From Thermoplasmatota archaeon (GTDB taxonomy: Archaea; Thermoplasmatota; JAQUQK01), in the NCBI GenBank assembly GCA_028716125.1, contig JAQUQK010000003.1, positions 1 through 38,136 of the forward strand: 38,136 bases of DNA, written 5' to 3'. The position numbers and the translations under genes were made by a program. The notes under the pieces were generated by a model. That model saw only the letters and a program-made list of their open reading frames with translations. It was not told the origin of the DNA and searched no databases. Shown here piece after piece: positions 6,480-14,782 of this stretch. The stretch's first letter is position 1. Every line of letters starts with the position of its first letter.

Positions 6480-7310
6480 ATGCTCGAAACTCACTTACAA
6501 AGTCGGGCAAGGATGCTAACTACGGGAGAGGCCTATAAACGGTTTGTGCTGTATCTCTATCGTTTCAGCACAAGCACCCAAAGCACATATCAGAGAGCCA
6601 TAAAACAGTTTTTAAGGTTCGCACCCAAGCAGATAAGCCGGATCAGCGTTGAACATATTGAGCGTTTCACAATGCGGCAAAAGAACAAATGCAGTGCTGC
6701 TACCGCCAATCTACATTTAGCCGCAATCAAGAGCTGGTTTAACTGGATGGAAACTTGCTATGAAATCCCGAACATTGCCAAGCGGGTCAGACGGCTAAAA
6801 ACCTTACCACCCCATCAACGGGTCCTTACCCGCGAGGAATACGATAAAATTGTCGAATCCACAAAGGGCTATATGCGGGATATAATCCAAGTCCTCTGTA
6901 TGACCGGGCTCCGCGCCTCAGAGTTCTTAAGTTTGACGCCGGCCAATATCAACTGCCAGTTTTTAACCGTAATCGGCAAGGGCCAGAAACAACGGACAGT
7001 ACCCCTAAATGAAACGGCTCAAAGAATCCTCAAAACAACCTCGCTTCTTAACTTGATAAAGAACAAAAAGCGACTATGGCTTTTCCGGCTATGCCGCCGA
7101 GCAGCCAAAGCCGCTAATATACCAGTATTTTCGCCGCACAGTTGCAGACATTATTTCGCAACCGAATTGCACAATGCCAAACCAAAGCCCGTCCCGATTG
7201 AAACCATCGGGAAACTTCTCGGCCATTCTTCGCCGCTCGTAACTACGATGACCTATTTGCATTCCTGGTCAGACTCCTCGTTAGATGGTCTTACTCGATG
7301 CCTTGAATAA
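6480..7310 (+). CDS. int: Tyrosine recombinase / phage integrase (XerC/D-like)
   Basis: 276 aa with GLRASEF (Arg), HSCRHYFAT (HxxR), LLGHSS and TMTYLH (catalytic Tyr). The N-terminal SAM-like core-binding region contains TYQRAIKQFLRF. Confidence 0.9.
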   Translation: MLETHLQSRARMLTTGEAYKRFVLYLYRFSTSTQSTYQRAIKQFLRFAPKQISRISVEHIERFTMRQKNKCSAATANLHLAAIKSWFNWMETCYEIPNIAKRVRRLKTLPPHQRVLTREEYDKIVESTKGYMRDIIQVLCMTGLRASEFLSLTPANINCQFLTVIGKGQKQRTVPLNETAQRILKTTSLLNLIKNKKRLWLFRLCRRAAKAANIPVFSPHSCRHYFATELHNAKPKPVPIETIGKLLGHSSPLVTTMTYLHSWSDSSLDGLTRCLE

Positions 7311-7858
7311 ATCGGGGCGTCTCCGATATACCTCTCAACCGTGTAGCCGTTCTTTTCAAATATGCGTTGCGTTCCGATATTGCCCGGACGGGAACCGGCA
7401 ATAACTTTGGGGAGTTTCAAGGTGTTAAAGGCGTAATCAGTAACCAGCTTCACAGCTTCGGTCCCGTAACCCTTGCCCCAAAAATCCTTTTCGCCGATTA
7501 TCAGGCCGATGTCGCCCCTGTTCTCGGCCATATTGTAGAATAATTTGATATTCCCGATATGAACGCCGTCAACAACAATCGCCCAAAAATATACATTCGG
7601 ATTATCTAATTGAGACTTTGTAAAATTGGTAAGACTTTTGAGTGTATGCGTGATGTTTGCCTGAGAAGTATATTGAGCAACTTCGGGGTCATTGAGCCAA
7701 CCGACATATCTATCGTCCACATCGTCTAAGGTTAGCGGCCGCAAAGAAAAGGGCGTCCCCTGCCGCCCAGGCGAAACGCTGCTTGACGGCGAAACACCGG
7801 CAAGCAGGGGACGTTGCAACCTTGTTTGGACTTTGAACTGTTTCTTTTGGTCAAGCAT
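7253..7858 (-). CDS. GNAT family N-acetyltransferase (RimJ/RimL-like)
   Basis: 201 aa with LRPLTLDDVD...WLNDPEV...IGNIKL...GDIGLIIGEKDFWGKGYGTEAV...NIGTQRIFEKNGY. Convergent with int and overlaps it by 58 nt. Confidence 0.85.
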   Translation of the reverse strand: MLDQKKQFKVQTRLQRPLLAGVSPSSSVSPGRQGTPFSLRPLTLDDVDDRYVGWLNDPEVAQYTSQANITHTLKSLTNFTKSQLDNPNVYFWAIVVDGVHIGNIKLFYNMAENRGDIGLIIGEKDFWGKGYGTEAVKLVTDYAFNTLKLPKVIAGSRPGNIGTQRIFEKNGYTVERYIGDAPIYSRHRVRPSNEESDQECK

Positions 7859-7897
7859 TTTTGTTTCACCTTATAAACTTTTAATCATCTGTGTAGC

Positions 7898-7927
7898 ATT
7901 ATCGAACAAACACTTTAACGAAATCAA
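7898..7927 (-). promoter_or_regulatory. sigma70-like promoter for the GNAT gene (TTGATT-18-GATAAT)
   Basis: On the minus strand the -35 is at 7927..7922 and the -10 at 7903..7898. A GGTGA RBS lies before the ATG at 7858. Confidence 0.4.
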
Positions 7928-8081
7928 GAAAAATCTTTAGGAATTTTTGGGCGATTGTTCTTATCTTGCTATAAGCCCTATTTTGACGTTGAAAACGTGG
8001 TAAAAAATCTTCACTTTAAGACCAGAAAAATGGTTTGCGCTTTACACAACAAGCCATTTCGGAGGAGGGTGAATGAGAAAT

Positions 8082-8681
8082 CTATTTTATCTTAACGAGG
8101 TTCGATAGGCAGACCGGCTCGTTAGAAAATCGCAGTTGGTCGTCTACTCGGCCTTTGAAGTTGTAATCATCGGGACTGTATTCGTTGGATGGTATTGTCT
8201 GCGGCAAGAATCCCCATAGCTTGAAAATCTCCGTAACGAGTTCCGAGCAGAAAACACTGGTCAGATCTGATTTATGTCCGTCAAAGATATGTATTACCTC
8301 TGCCGCCGCGCCCATCAATTCAATAATGTCTTTTTCGTAAGGTCTGCCGAGCAGGGTAGTTATCGTGCCGGATAGGATAGCATTGAAAAAATCATCACGG
8401 TCGCAACGTAATCGCCGGAGATAAACCTGCCCCTTGTATGTCTGTAAAACTTCGCTCAAGGCGTTTAACTGGACACCGTTCTTTCCGTTCAAGGTCGTGG
8501 ACTCAAAGACCATCACCCTGTCGGAGTCCACAACTATCATACCGATATGAGAAAACCTTGTCTTTTTGAGCCAGTGGCCTAACGAGCAAATCCATAGAAT
8601 CAGGGTACTTATGAGTCCACTACCCCGAAATAAAAGCAGGTCGCCGGTTTGCAGACTGTCTCTGATTTTCAGGTATCTCAT
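8082..8681 (-). CDS. Permuted papain-fold cysteine amidase (YiiX/YaeF, peptidase C92-like); probable endolysin
   Basis: 199 aa with GDLLLFRG...FSHIGMIV (His before Cys)...VFESTT...VFCSELV. It is the last gene of a four-gene cluster containing membrane and lipoprotein genes. Confidence 0.65.
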   Translation of the reverse strand: MRYLKIRDSLQTGDLLLFRGSGLISTLILWICSLGHWLKKTRFSHIGMIVVDSDRVMVFESTTLNGKNGVQLNALSEVLQTYKGQVYLRRLRCDRDDFFNAILSGTITTLLGRPYEKDIIELMGAAAEVIHIFDGHKSDLTSVFCSELVTEIFKLWGFLPQTIPSNEYSPDDYNFKGRVDDQLRFSNEPVCLSNLVKIK

Positions 8682-8941
8682 TTAGGCGCAGCCAAACCAG
8701 CATTAAGCCCCGCCTGATAAGCCGCAGCGATAGCTTGTATAGCGGCCTCAAAGCCGGTGTTCTTTTCGCTTGCGCATTCAACGTGAAGAATACCGTTAGG
8801 GTCAATCTCGACCAGTATACCGGACGCTTCCATATCACCGAGCCGACCATACTGGATAAGTCCAGTTTGGGGATTGTAGGTCGCCGAGATACACCCACCA
8901 GCCAAGAACATCAGGCATAGCACTACTGCAATAGTTTTCAT
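8678..8941 (-). CDS. Small lipoprotein (spanin-like position)
   Basis: 87 aa. MKTIAVVLCLMFLAGGC is a signal peptide plus lipobox-like LAGGC. Start and stop overlap both neighbours. Confidence 0.6.
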   Translation of the reverse strand: MKTIAVVLCLMFLAGGCISATYNPQTGLIQYGRLGDMEASGILVEIDPNGILHVECASEKNTGFEAAIQAIAAAYQAGLNAGLAAPK

Positions 8942-9132
8942 TTTGTAATCTCCTTTTTTAACTCATTTATTTTGTCCTTTGTCTTTTCTAAAAGTGTTCG
9001 GATATCACTCATCAACACAATCGCCGGCGGCGAGCAACCGTTGTAATCCTGGACCTCAATACTCTCAATTTCAACGAGGCCGCTTCTAACGTATTCGCTG
9101 AGATATTCTGAATGGTCAATAAGCGTGCTCAT
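8938..9132 (-). CDS. Hypothetical protein in the lysis cluster
   Basis: ORF track, 64 aa, with overlapping start and stop codons. Confidence 0.5.
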   Translation of the reverse strand: MSTLIDHSEYLSEYVRSGLVEIESIEVQDYNGCSPPAIVLMSDIRTLLEKTKDKINELKKEITK

Positions 9133-9476
9133 TTTGGATTACTCACCAATCCCGAAGGGTTCGTAATGGTCTGTATCTGTTGCGCCAGTTGCTTCATTTC
9201 CTCCGTCGTGAATTTCTTGCCGCCTGTAAAATGAGATATAAAGCTAATCAGGATAAACAGACCGACTACGGCAGTTTTCCAATGCCTTGCTATCAACCCA
9301 AGAGGCACAAATGGATTGTCCCCCGCCCCCCTCTGTGCCGAGCACAAGGTCTGATGCGCCGATATGTCCTTTGCTATTTTCAAATCAATGGATGTGGAAA
9401 GAGCCGTCATGCCGTCCATAACAGCAAGTCTAATCGTTTTTTCTACCAGTTCGTGTTCTTCGGGTGTCATCTTCAA
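9129..9476 (-). CDS. Single-TM membrane protein (holin candidate)
   Basis: 115 aa. One hydrophobic helix (TAVVGLFILISFISHF) is followed by a charged C-terminal tail. It is the first gene of the lysis cluster. Confidence 0.5.
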   Translation of the reverse strand: MKMTPEEHELVEKTIRLAVMDGMTALSTSIDLKIAKDISAHQTLCSAQRGAGDNPFVPLGLIARHWKTAVVGLFILISFISHFTGGKKFTTEEMKQLAQQIQTITNPSGLVSNPK

Positions 9477-9488
9477 ACTCCTTTACTC

Positions 9489-9517
9489 TTGACTTCTTCG
9501 ACTGTTTCTGATAAATT
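9489..9517 (+). promoter_or_regulatory. sigma70-like promoter (TTGACT-17-TAAATT) for the plus-strand 2-TM gene
   Basis: Read directly. It shares the CTTGACTT context with the int promoter. Confidence 0.4.
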
Positions 9518-9549
9518 GATAATTGCGTTTAGGATATAAGGAGAAGGGT

Positions 9550-9726
9550 ATGGCACTTAACAAAAAACAAAATCGTCTGTTCTTCGCCGCGATAGTGTTG
9601 CAGGTGATATTGCTTTTCATAGTTACTCTCGTTAATCCGTATTCTAATTTGTACGATTTTTCTTGGAACGCATTAGGGGCGTTGCCAATTATTTTATACT
9701 GTTTGGTAAGTTCCTCATCTACTTAA
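9550..9726 (+). CDS. Two-TM miniprotein (58 aa)
   Basis: MALNKKQNRLFFAAIVLQVILLFIVTLVNPYSNLYDFSWNALGALPIILYCLVSSSST. The ATG at 9550 has an AAGGAGAAGGGT RBS (the track ORF starts upstream at 9523). Its 3' end overlaps the stop of the convergent 1686-aa gene. Confidence 0.5.
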   Translation: MALNKKQNRLFFAAIVLQVILLFIVTLVNPYSNLYDFSWNALGALPIILYCLVSSSST

Positions 9727-12700
9727 GCCCTTTCGCTTTCAGACCTTTTGACTTTAGACCTCCACCTTTGAGGCCGCCAGTCTTGAGGCCGGAGCTACCC
9801 TTCTCTTCTTTTGTGTACCGATACACTTCTTCGCCGACAACAGGGATTTCTCTTTTGAGTTGGTTTACTTTGCCCTTTTTGTAATCTTGTACGGCGCGAC
9901 CAAACAGTTTTGGCCACGGTATATTTACTCCCTTAAAAGTACCCTTCCACATCTCTATTGCCGTGTACCTGTTCATTCCGGGGATTAACTGCAACGTCCC
10001 GTCAACAAGACAGTCCAGGTATGTAGTAGTATCCTTGTCGCCGAACTCGGTAAGTGTTGAAAAATCTGTTGACATTTGACCTGTCTGCGGGTCTTTTTTT
10101 ATAAATGGTTTTATCTTTTTGCCCCGCACTTTTTCAACAGTAAGACGTTTGAGAGAGGCAACTAAAATAAGCCCCGGCAGGAGAATGAAGAGGGCTTGTA
10201 ATCCTTTTCGCTTCAACTGCGGATTTGCAGACCTGAGATTATTGAATATCTGCCGTTTGAGATAACTGAACTGTTTTATATTGTAGGTGTTAAGAAAATA
10301 CAACGCCCTTGCACTACCGCCCGTTGCGAAACCTTCCGGCGTTTCCAGTAATGAGGCCACATGAACCTCAGCGTATTTGTAGTAGAGAGGGAAAAGAACA
10401 TCGTCGCTTTCAACGCCTGCTTTCAGGTCGGCAATCACTTTCGGAATTTTCCCCAAGTCATAGGCGTAAACTTCTTTCAGGTATGTATAAAGCGCGGGGT
10501 CATTACTGCGGGCCTGTTGTTGTAACTTCATATAAAACGGATTGACAAGCCGGAGTTTGTTGCCGACATCGTTATACTTGACGAAGTTTACCTTGAAATA
10601 AGCATCTTCTATTTTCTTGCCGGGGCCGCCCGTCATTTCAGGAGTGATAGCACTATCAGCGCCAAACATTTTCAAGTTTGGTATCCTATACCCTAAACCA
10701 ACAAGTCTTTTTGCGACTACTCGGAGATAATTAGCTATCCCCCCTTCGTACCAGTTAATTGGTTCGTTCTGTAATTGGGTCAGACCTGATGCCCAGCTCC
10801 CCATTGCCTCCATTCTCAGAACCCGCAAATAACCTGAAACTGTCGGATGCATCCCCTTTGGATTGAAATAGGCGTTGAGGACATTTGCTATCTCGGTTTG
10901 GTCTTTGGCGCTGATGGCGTTTTCTCTTATGAGTTCATCTATCTTGCCACCTATACTCTCTTCAAGTTTGGTGTTTGCTTTTTTGGCGAGATAATCCTCT
11001 ATATGTATGGCGGCATTTAGAGTTTTTTCATACTCAGGATTGTCCGGTTTGAGCGTTTGAAGTTTCTTGACGGCCTTCGTTAGTTGTGTTCGCAGATTTA
11101 TAATGTTCGGCGGTTCTTTGCCGAAGAAGTTCGCCCGTGCTATTGCTTCGTTCATCGTCTCCACAAAATCTATCGCAGCATCGGCGGGGTGAGCGTAAAA
11201 CTCCATCAGCTCAGGCGTGGCCGCTATTTCTCTGCCTAAAGTCGCGCCCGGGGTAGTTAGACTCACGCCGCCTGTCCTGTAACCCCGCAGGAGCGTATTG
11301 ATTACCTTAATTCGGTGCGCCATATCCGCCACTTGCCGCTTATTGGTAGCTTTTTTAATAGCTTCCTCGATGCGGCTCTTCTCGGCGTCTAATGCAGTCC
11401 GTAATCCTTCAAGGTCCGCTACCTTCAAGTGATAGTAAAACGCTTTGCGGTCTATCTTAATACCAGTTGCTTCCTCAAATCTTGTGGTTATTCTCTCCGC
11501 GCCTTCCCGCCATTGTTCGTATGCTTCTCTCAGGCCGTATTTTTTAAGAATGGCGTCCCTATCCTCTACAAGTTCGCTACTCGCGTCATAGTTCCATCTT
11601 TTAGCATCCGTATCAGAAAGTTTGCGGACGCCTTTTATCCAGTCCGCCATTGAGTCTATATCCCGACTGGTAGCAAGATTTTTGTTAAAGGCCATTCTAT
11701 GAAGTGCAGTGGCGGCCACCTGAGAAGCATCCTTAAGACGTGCCGAAAGAACTACCCCTCCTTTCCTGCCTAACGCTACGGGGTTTTTGAAAAATGATGT
11801 TATGGCATTGACAATTCTTTTCTTGACAGGTGGCGTAGGCGGTTCTGTGTAAGGTTCTGTTCTTAAAGCTGGCGGCCCTTTTGGCGGAACGAATTGAGGC
11901 CCTAACTTTGCGGCCCGCGTAGTAAGTTTGTCCTCCAAATTCTTGACATACTCCTCTATGTCATTCATCAATCGGGTAATATCTGCGGGGGTTTTTGTTT
12001 TCAGTATCCGGTTTGTGAACCTGTATCTATACTGTCGAGGGACAAACTGCTCGACAAGTTCTTTCGCCTTCTGTATCTGCTTTTCCTCAAATACTTCGGC
12101 GGTCTTGATTTTGAAAATCTCAGATTTGGCCGTATCAATAGCATCACGCCAACCAGTCTTGTAACCTATTCTCGCCCCCTGTTTCTGTCCGCCCCTCAAT
12201 GCTTCCTGTTCTCTCGTGCCAAGATGCTCGGACTCGGCTTTAGTAAGACCTTCCGGGGGACGCGGCATACCGCCTAACTCTTTGAGAGGCCCCTTAAGTC
12301 CTTTGCGGGTTTTGATTTCAGGCAGAGTTTTTGCCCCCATCATATAAGCGTCAATTTGCTTTTGTGGAGTCCCCTGTTTTTGCATTTCAGCGATAACTTC
12401 GCCGCGAGTTCGGGTTTCTCCGCCGTAATTGATTTTTTCGTTAAGATAAGCAGTTTTAACACTTGTCGGGGCAAGATGTTCTCTGGCGTTGGCGCGGGCA
12501 GTTGCTATGGCCTGTTGAGTTTCTTGTTCTACTTTCCCCCCTTCTGTCTTGGCAAGGGCTTCGTCTCGAAAAGTTCCTTTTTCTGCGTAGTATAGATTTA
12601 TCTTTTTTACAGAATCTAACAATCTATTGTCTGCTAATTCTTTTTGAACACGAACATTTATCGTATCTTTCGGCAGAGTTCCATTGTAATAGACTGTAAG

Positions 12701-14779
12701 CTCTTCTCCCTCCCAATAGGACTTTTCGACTCCTTCAATCTTATCAATTCTGTCTGTTATTTTCCCTACCGCCTGCTTCCCCAACGCTTCGTCTGCCCAC
12801 TTCTCACCTTTGTATTCTTCGAGGACGTTGCGGGGGACGGGCTTGTTGTGATTGACAGCCGATTGAACATCAGAATAATGAACATTAGCCCACCGCTTTG
12901 ATTGAACTCCCCCGCCTTTTGATTCGACAAATTCTTTAGAGGTCATTTCCCACGCCTGTTTTGCCGCAGGGGGGGGAGAAGGTTTCAAAACCAATACACC
13001 ATCAGGACCAATATCGTCAATTATTTCTCCGCCTTTTACAACATTGGTATAATCAACTACGTTTTCAATGTCTTCCGCAGACGGTTCTTCGCCGATGTCC
13101 TCTCTTGCGGTTCCGTATGTTGCAGCTTCCTCTTTTGTTCGTGTAACCCAAACAATATCGGTAGCAGGTCTTTTTTCAAGCTCTTTAAGTTTTGCAGGAG
13201 TAATACCGAGGTCGTTTCCGAGTTCCTCCTCTTCAAATTTTATAACATCGGCGGCAGTTTTGGCTTCTGGATGTCTTTCGCTGCCAGTTTCAGTTCTATA
13301 AGCCGGACCTGTATATTGTTTTCCCCTCTGTCCTATTTCGACTTTCGCTTCAGGTTGCTCTACAATCGTTTTCGGGAGTGTAGCAGGTTCGACTCTTGCT
13401 TTGATTTCTGCTATTTTACCTACTCTTTTTTGTGCAGTTTCATAGACTATTTTATAACCTTCCTCATCTGTAAGGTTTGGGTTCGTCTTTAACGCCGTTT
13501 CAAATGCCGCAAAACCGGCATCTTTGCCTCTTCCTTCCGGCAGTTCATTGACTAATTGCTCGTAAGTTTTCGCTTTGGGGGTTTCTACAAGCACGGCACT
13601 TTTCGGCATATAGACGGGTTTCGCTTCTGGCGCAATAGGCGGCTTGCTAATCGTTTTTGGGGATGTAACAGGCAGGGTTTCAACTTCGGGCTTAATAGCG
13701 GCCACGCCAGCAGGGGCAGCGGCTTCATTAAGGGGCTGTATCGGAGTTTCGGCGGCGGCTGATGGCTTACCGGCAGTAGAGGTCTTTTGCCCTAACCCCA
13801 TATACTTTTCACGGACTTTATCCCACGCCGCCCTATCGCCGGTCTTTTTGTATTCGTCTAAGGCCGTTTGGATTTCGCTTCGAATAACGGCCCGTTGCGC
13901 TTCGCGGGTTCCCGCGGGGGCTTCAAAAGGCACAATGTTAGTTCCGGCCCGGATTCCCGCAATAAACCGCATAGCTTTCTGAATACCAACATCACCAACT
14001 CCGAAAAGTTCACCTATTCCAGCTTCGAAGTGTATCCCCTGCCAGTCAATCGGCTTGCCTTCTCTAATTTTCGTTACAACTTCCTCGTCTGCTTTGCGGA
14101 GGCCGAAGGTCAAGCCAGTCCCTAAAATCGTTTTGAACGCTTCCCTTGCTGGTATTCGGCTTAAACCAGCCCCGATAACCTTCCCTGCAGTTCTCAGGCC
14201 GCCGAGAAATTGAAAAGTGTTAGCTATCGCCTTCTCTTTAGGTGTGGGGTAAAAATCTAAATCCTCATTGTAGCGTTGTTCAACTGTTCTCTTTAACTCT
14301 GGCAGGCCGCCCCCTACTCCGGTCAAATACTTGTCGAGATAATAGGCCCCGACTTTGGCGCCTCTGTTAAAAGGGCTTTTGTAGGATTCCGGCTCTAACG
14401 GCGGCTGCCGAGTAACCAGCATTTTCACCTTTTCCCAAAGTGTCGGCTCATACGCCTTAATTTCGGGGATAGTTTTCGCCGCCCCCATAACTTCAAAATC
14501 TGGTTGTTCTGTGGGCACAGCACTCTTAGGCGTCCATTTTATCTCAGGTTGCGTCAGGTTCGATTTCGGGGGTATTGGTGTCTCGATAGTAGTTGTTTCG
14601 CTTACTGCTGTTGAGGCAGGCGTATTGCCAGCGAGTTTAAGGGGTTCAGTGATAGATTGTTGTTCGCCTTCTATTTCGTTAGAATCGGGCGGAGTTATTA
14701 AGACAGCGCCTTGCGGCTTCCATATCGGCTTTACCGATGGGGGTTCCTCCACTAAAATTGCACCTTCCGGCTTCCACAT
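9719..14779 (-). CDS. Giant 1686-aa virion/ejection-type protein (candidate polyvalent internal virion protein)
   Basis: Uninterrupted 5.06-kb ORF, the last of three large genes after the nozzle-like gene. It has N-terminal short repeats (WKPEGAILVEEPP, WKPQGAVLITPP, WTPKSAVPTEQP, YMPKSAVLVETP), Pro/Ala/Lys-rich linkers and a C-terminal GLKTGGLKGGGLKSKGLKAKGLK tail. Confidence 0.85.
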   Translation of the reverse strand: MWKPEGAILVEEPPSVKPIWKPQGAVLITPPDSNEIEGEQQSITEPLKLAGNTPASTAVSETTTIETPIPPKSNLTQPEIKWTPKSAVPTEQPDFEVMGAAKTIPEIKAYEPTLWEKVKMLVTRQPPLEPESYKSPFNRGAKVGAYYLDKYLTGVGGGLPELKRTVEQRYNEDLDFYPTPKEKAIANTFQFLGGLRTAGKVIGAGLSRIPAREAFKTILGTGLTFGLRKADEEVVTKIREGKPIDWQGIHFEAGIGELFGVGDVGIQKAMRFIAGIRAGTNIVPFEAPAGTREAQRAVIRSEIQTALDEYKKTGDRAAWDKVREKYMGLGQKTSTAGKPSAAAETPIQPLNEAAAPAGVAAIKPEVETLPVTSPKTISKPPIAPEAKPVYMPKSAVLVETPKAKTYEQLVNELPEGRGKDAGFAAFETALKTNPNLTDEEGYKIVYETAQKRVGKIAEIKARVEPATLPKTIVEQPEAKVEIGQRGKQYTGPAYRTETGSERHPEAKTAADVIKFEEEELGNDLGITPAKLKELEKRPATDIVWVTRTKEEAATYGTAREDIGEEPSAEDIENVVDYTNVVKGGEIIDDIGPDGVLVLKPSPPPAAKQAWEMTSKEFVESKGGGVQSKRWANVHYSDVQSAVNHNKPVPRNVLEEYKGEKWADEALGKQAVGKITDRIDKIEGVEKSYWEGEELTVYYNGTLPKDTINVRVQKELADNRLLDSVKKINLYYAEKGTFRDEALAKTEGGKVEQETQQAIATARANAREHLAPTSVKTAYLNEKINYGGETRTRGEVIAEMQKQGTPQKQIDAYMMGAKTLPEIKTRKGLKGPLKELGGMPRPPEGLTKAESEHLGTREQEALRGGQKQGARIGYKTGWRDAIDTAKSEIFKIKTAEVFEEKQIQKAKELVEQFVPRQYRYRFTNRILKTKTPADITRLMNDIEEYVKNLEDKLTTRAAKLGPQFVPPKGPPALRTEPYTEPPTPPVKKRIVNAITSFFKNPVALGRKGGVVLSARLKDASQVAATALHRMAFNKNLATSRDIDSMADWIKGVRKLSDTDAKRWNYDASSELVEDRDAILKKYGLREAYEQWREGAERITTRFEEATGIKIDRKAFYYHLKVADLEGLRTALDAEKSRIEEAIKKATNKRQVADMAHRIKVINTLLRGYRTGGVSLTTPGATLGREIAATPELMEFYAHPADAAIDFVETMNEAIARANFFGKEPPNIINLRTQLTKAVKKLQTLKPDNPEYEKTLNAAIHIEDYLAKKANTKLEESIGGKIDELIRENAISAKDQTEIANVLNAYFNPKGMHPTVSGYLRVLRMEAMGSWASGLTQLQNEPINWYEGGIANYLRVVAKRLVGLGYRIPNLKMFGADSAITPEMTGGPGKKIEDAYFKVNFVKYNDVGNKLRLVNPFYMKLQQQARSNDPALYTYLKEVYAYDLGKIPKVIADLKAGVESDDVLFPLYYKYAEVHVASLLETPEGFATGGSARALYFLNTYNIKQFSYLKRQIFNNLRSANPQLKRKGLQALFILLPGLILVASLKRLTVEKVRGKKIKPFIKKDPQTGQMSTDFSTLTEFGDKDTTTYLDCLVDGTLQLIPGMNRYTAIEMWKGTFKGVNIPWPKLFGRAVQDYKKGKVNQLKREIPVVGEEVYRYTKEEKGSSGLKTGGLKGGGLKSKGLKAKGLK

Positions 14780-14782
14780 TAC

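Noticed and set aside
6302-6538. A 78-aa plus-strand ORF lies upstream of int.
   Set aside because: It starts inside the predicted int promoter, has no RBS, has Cys/Phe-rich off-frame-like composition and overlaps the int start. This is more likely the int leader.
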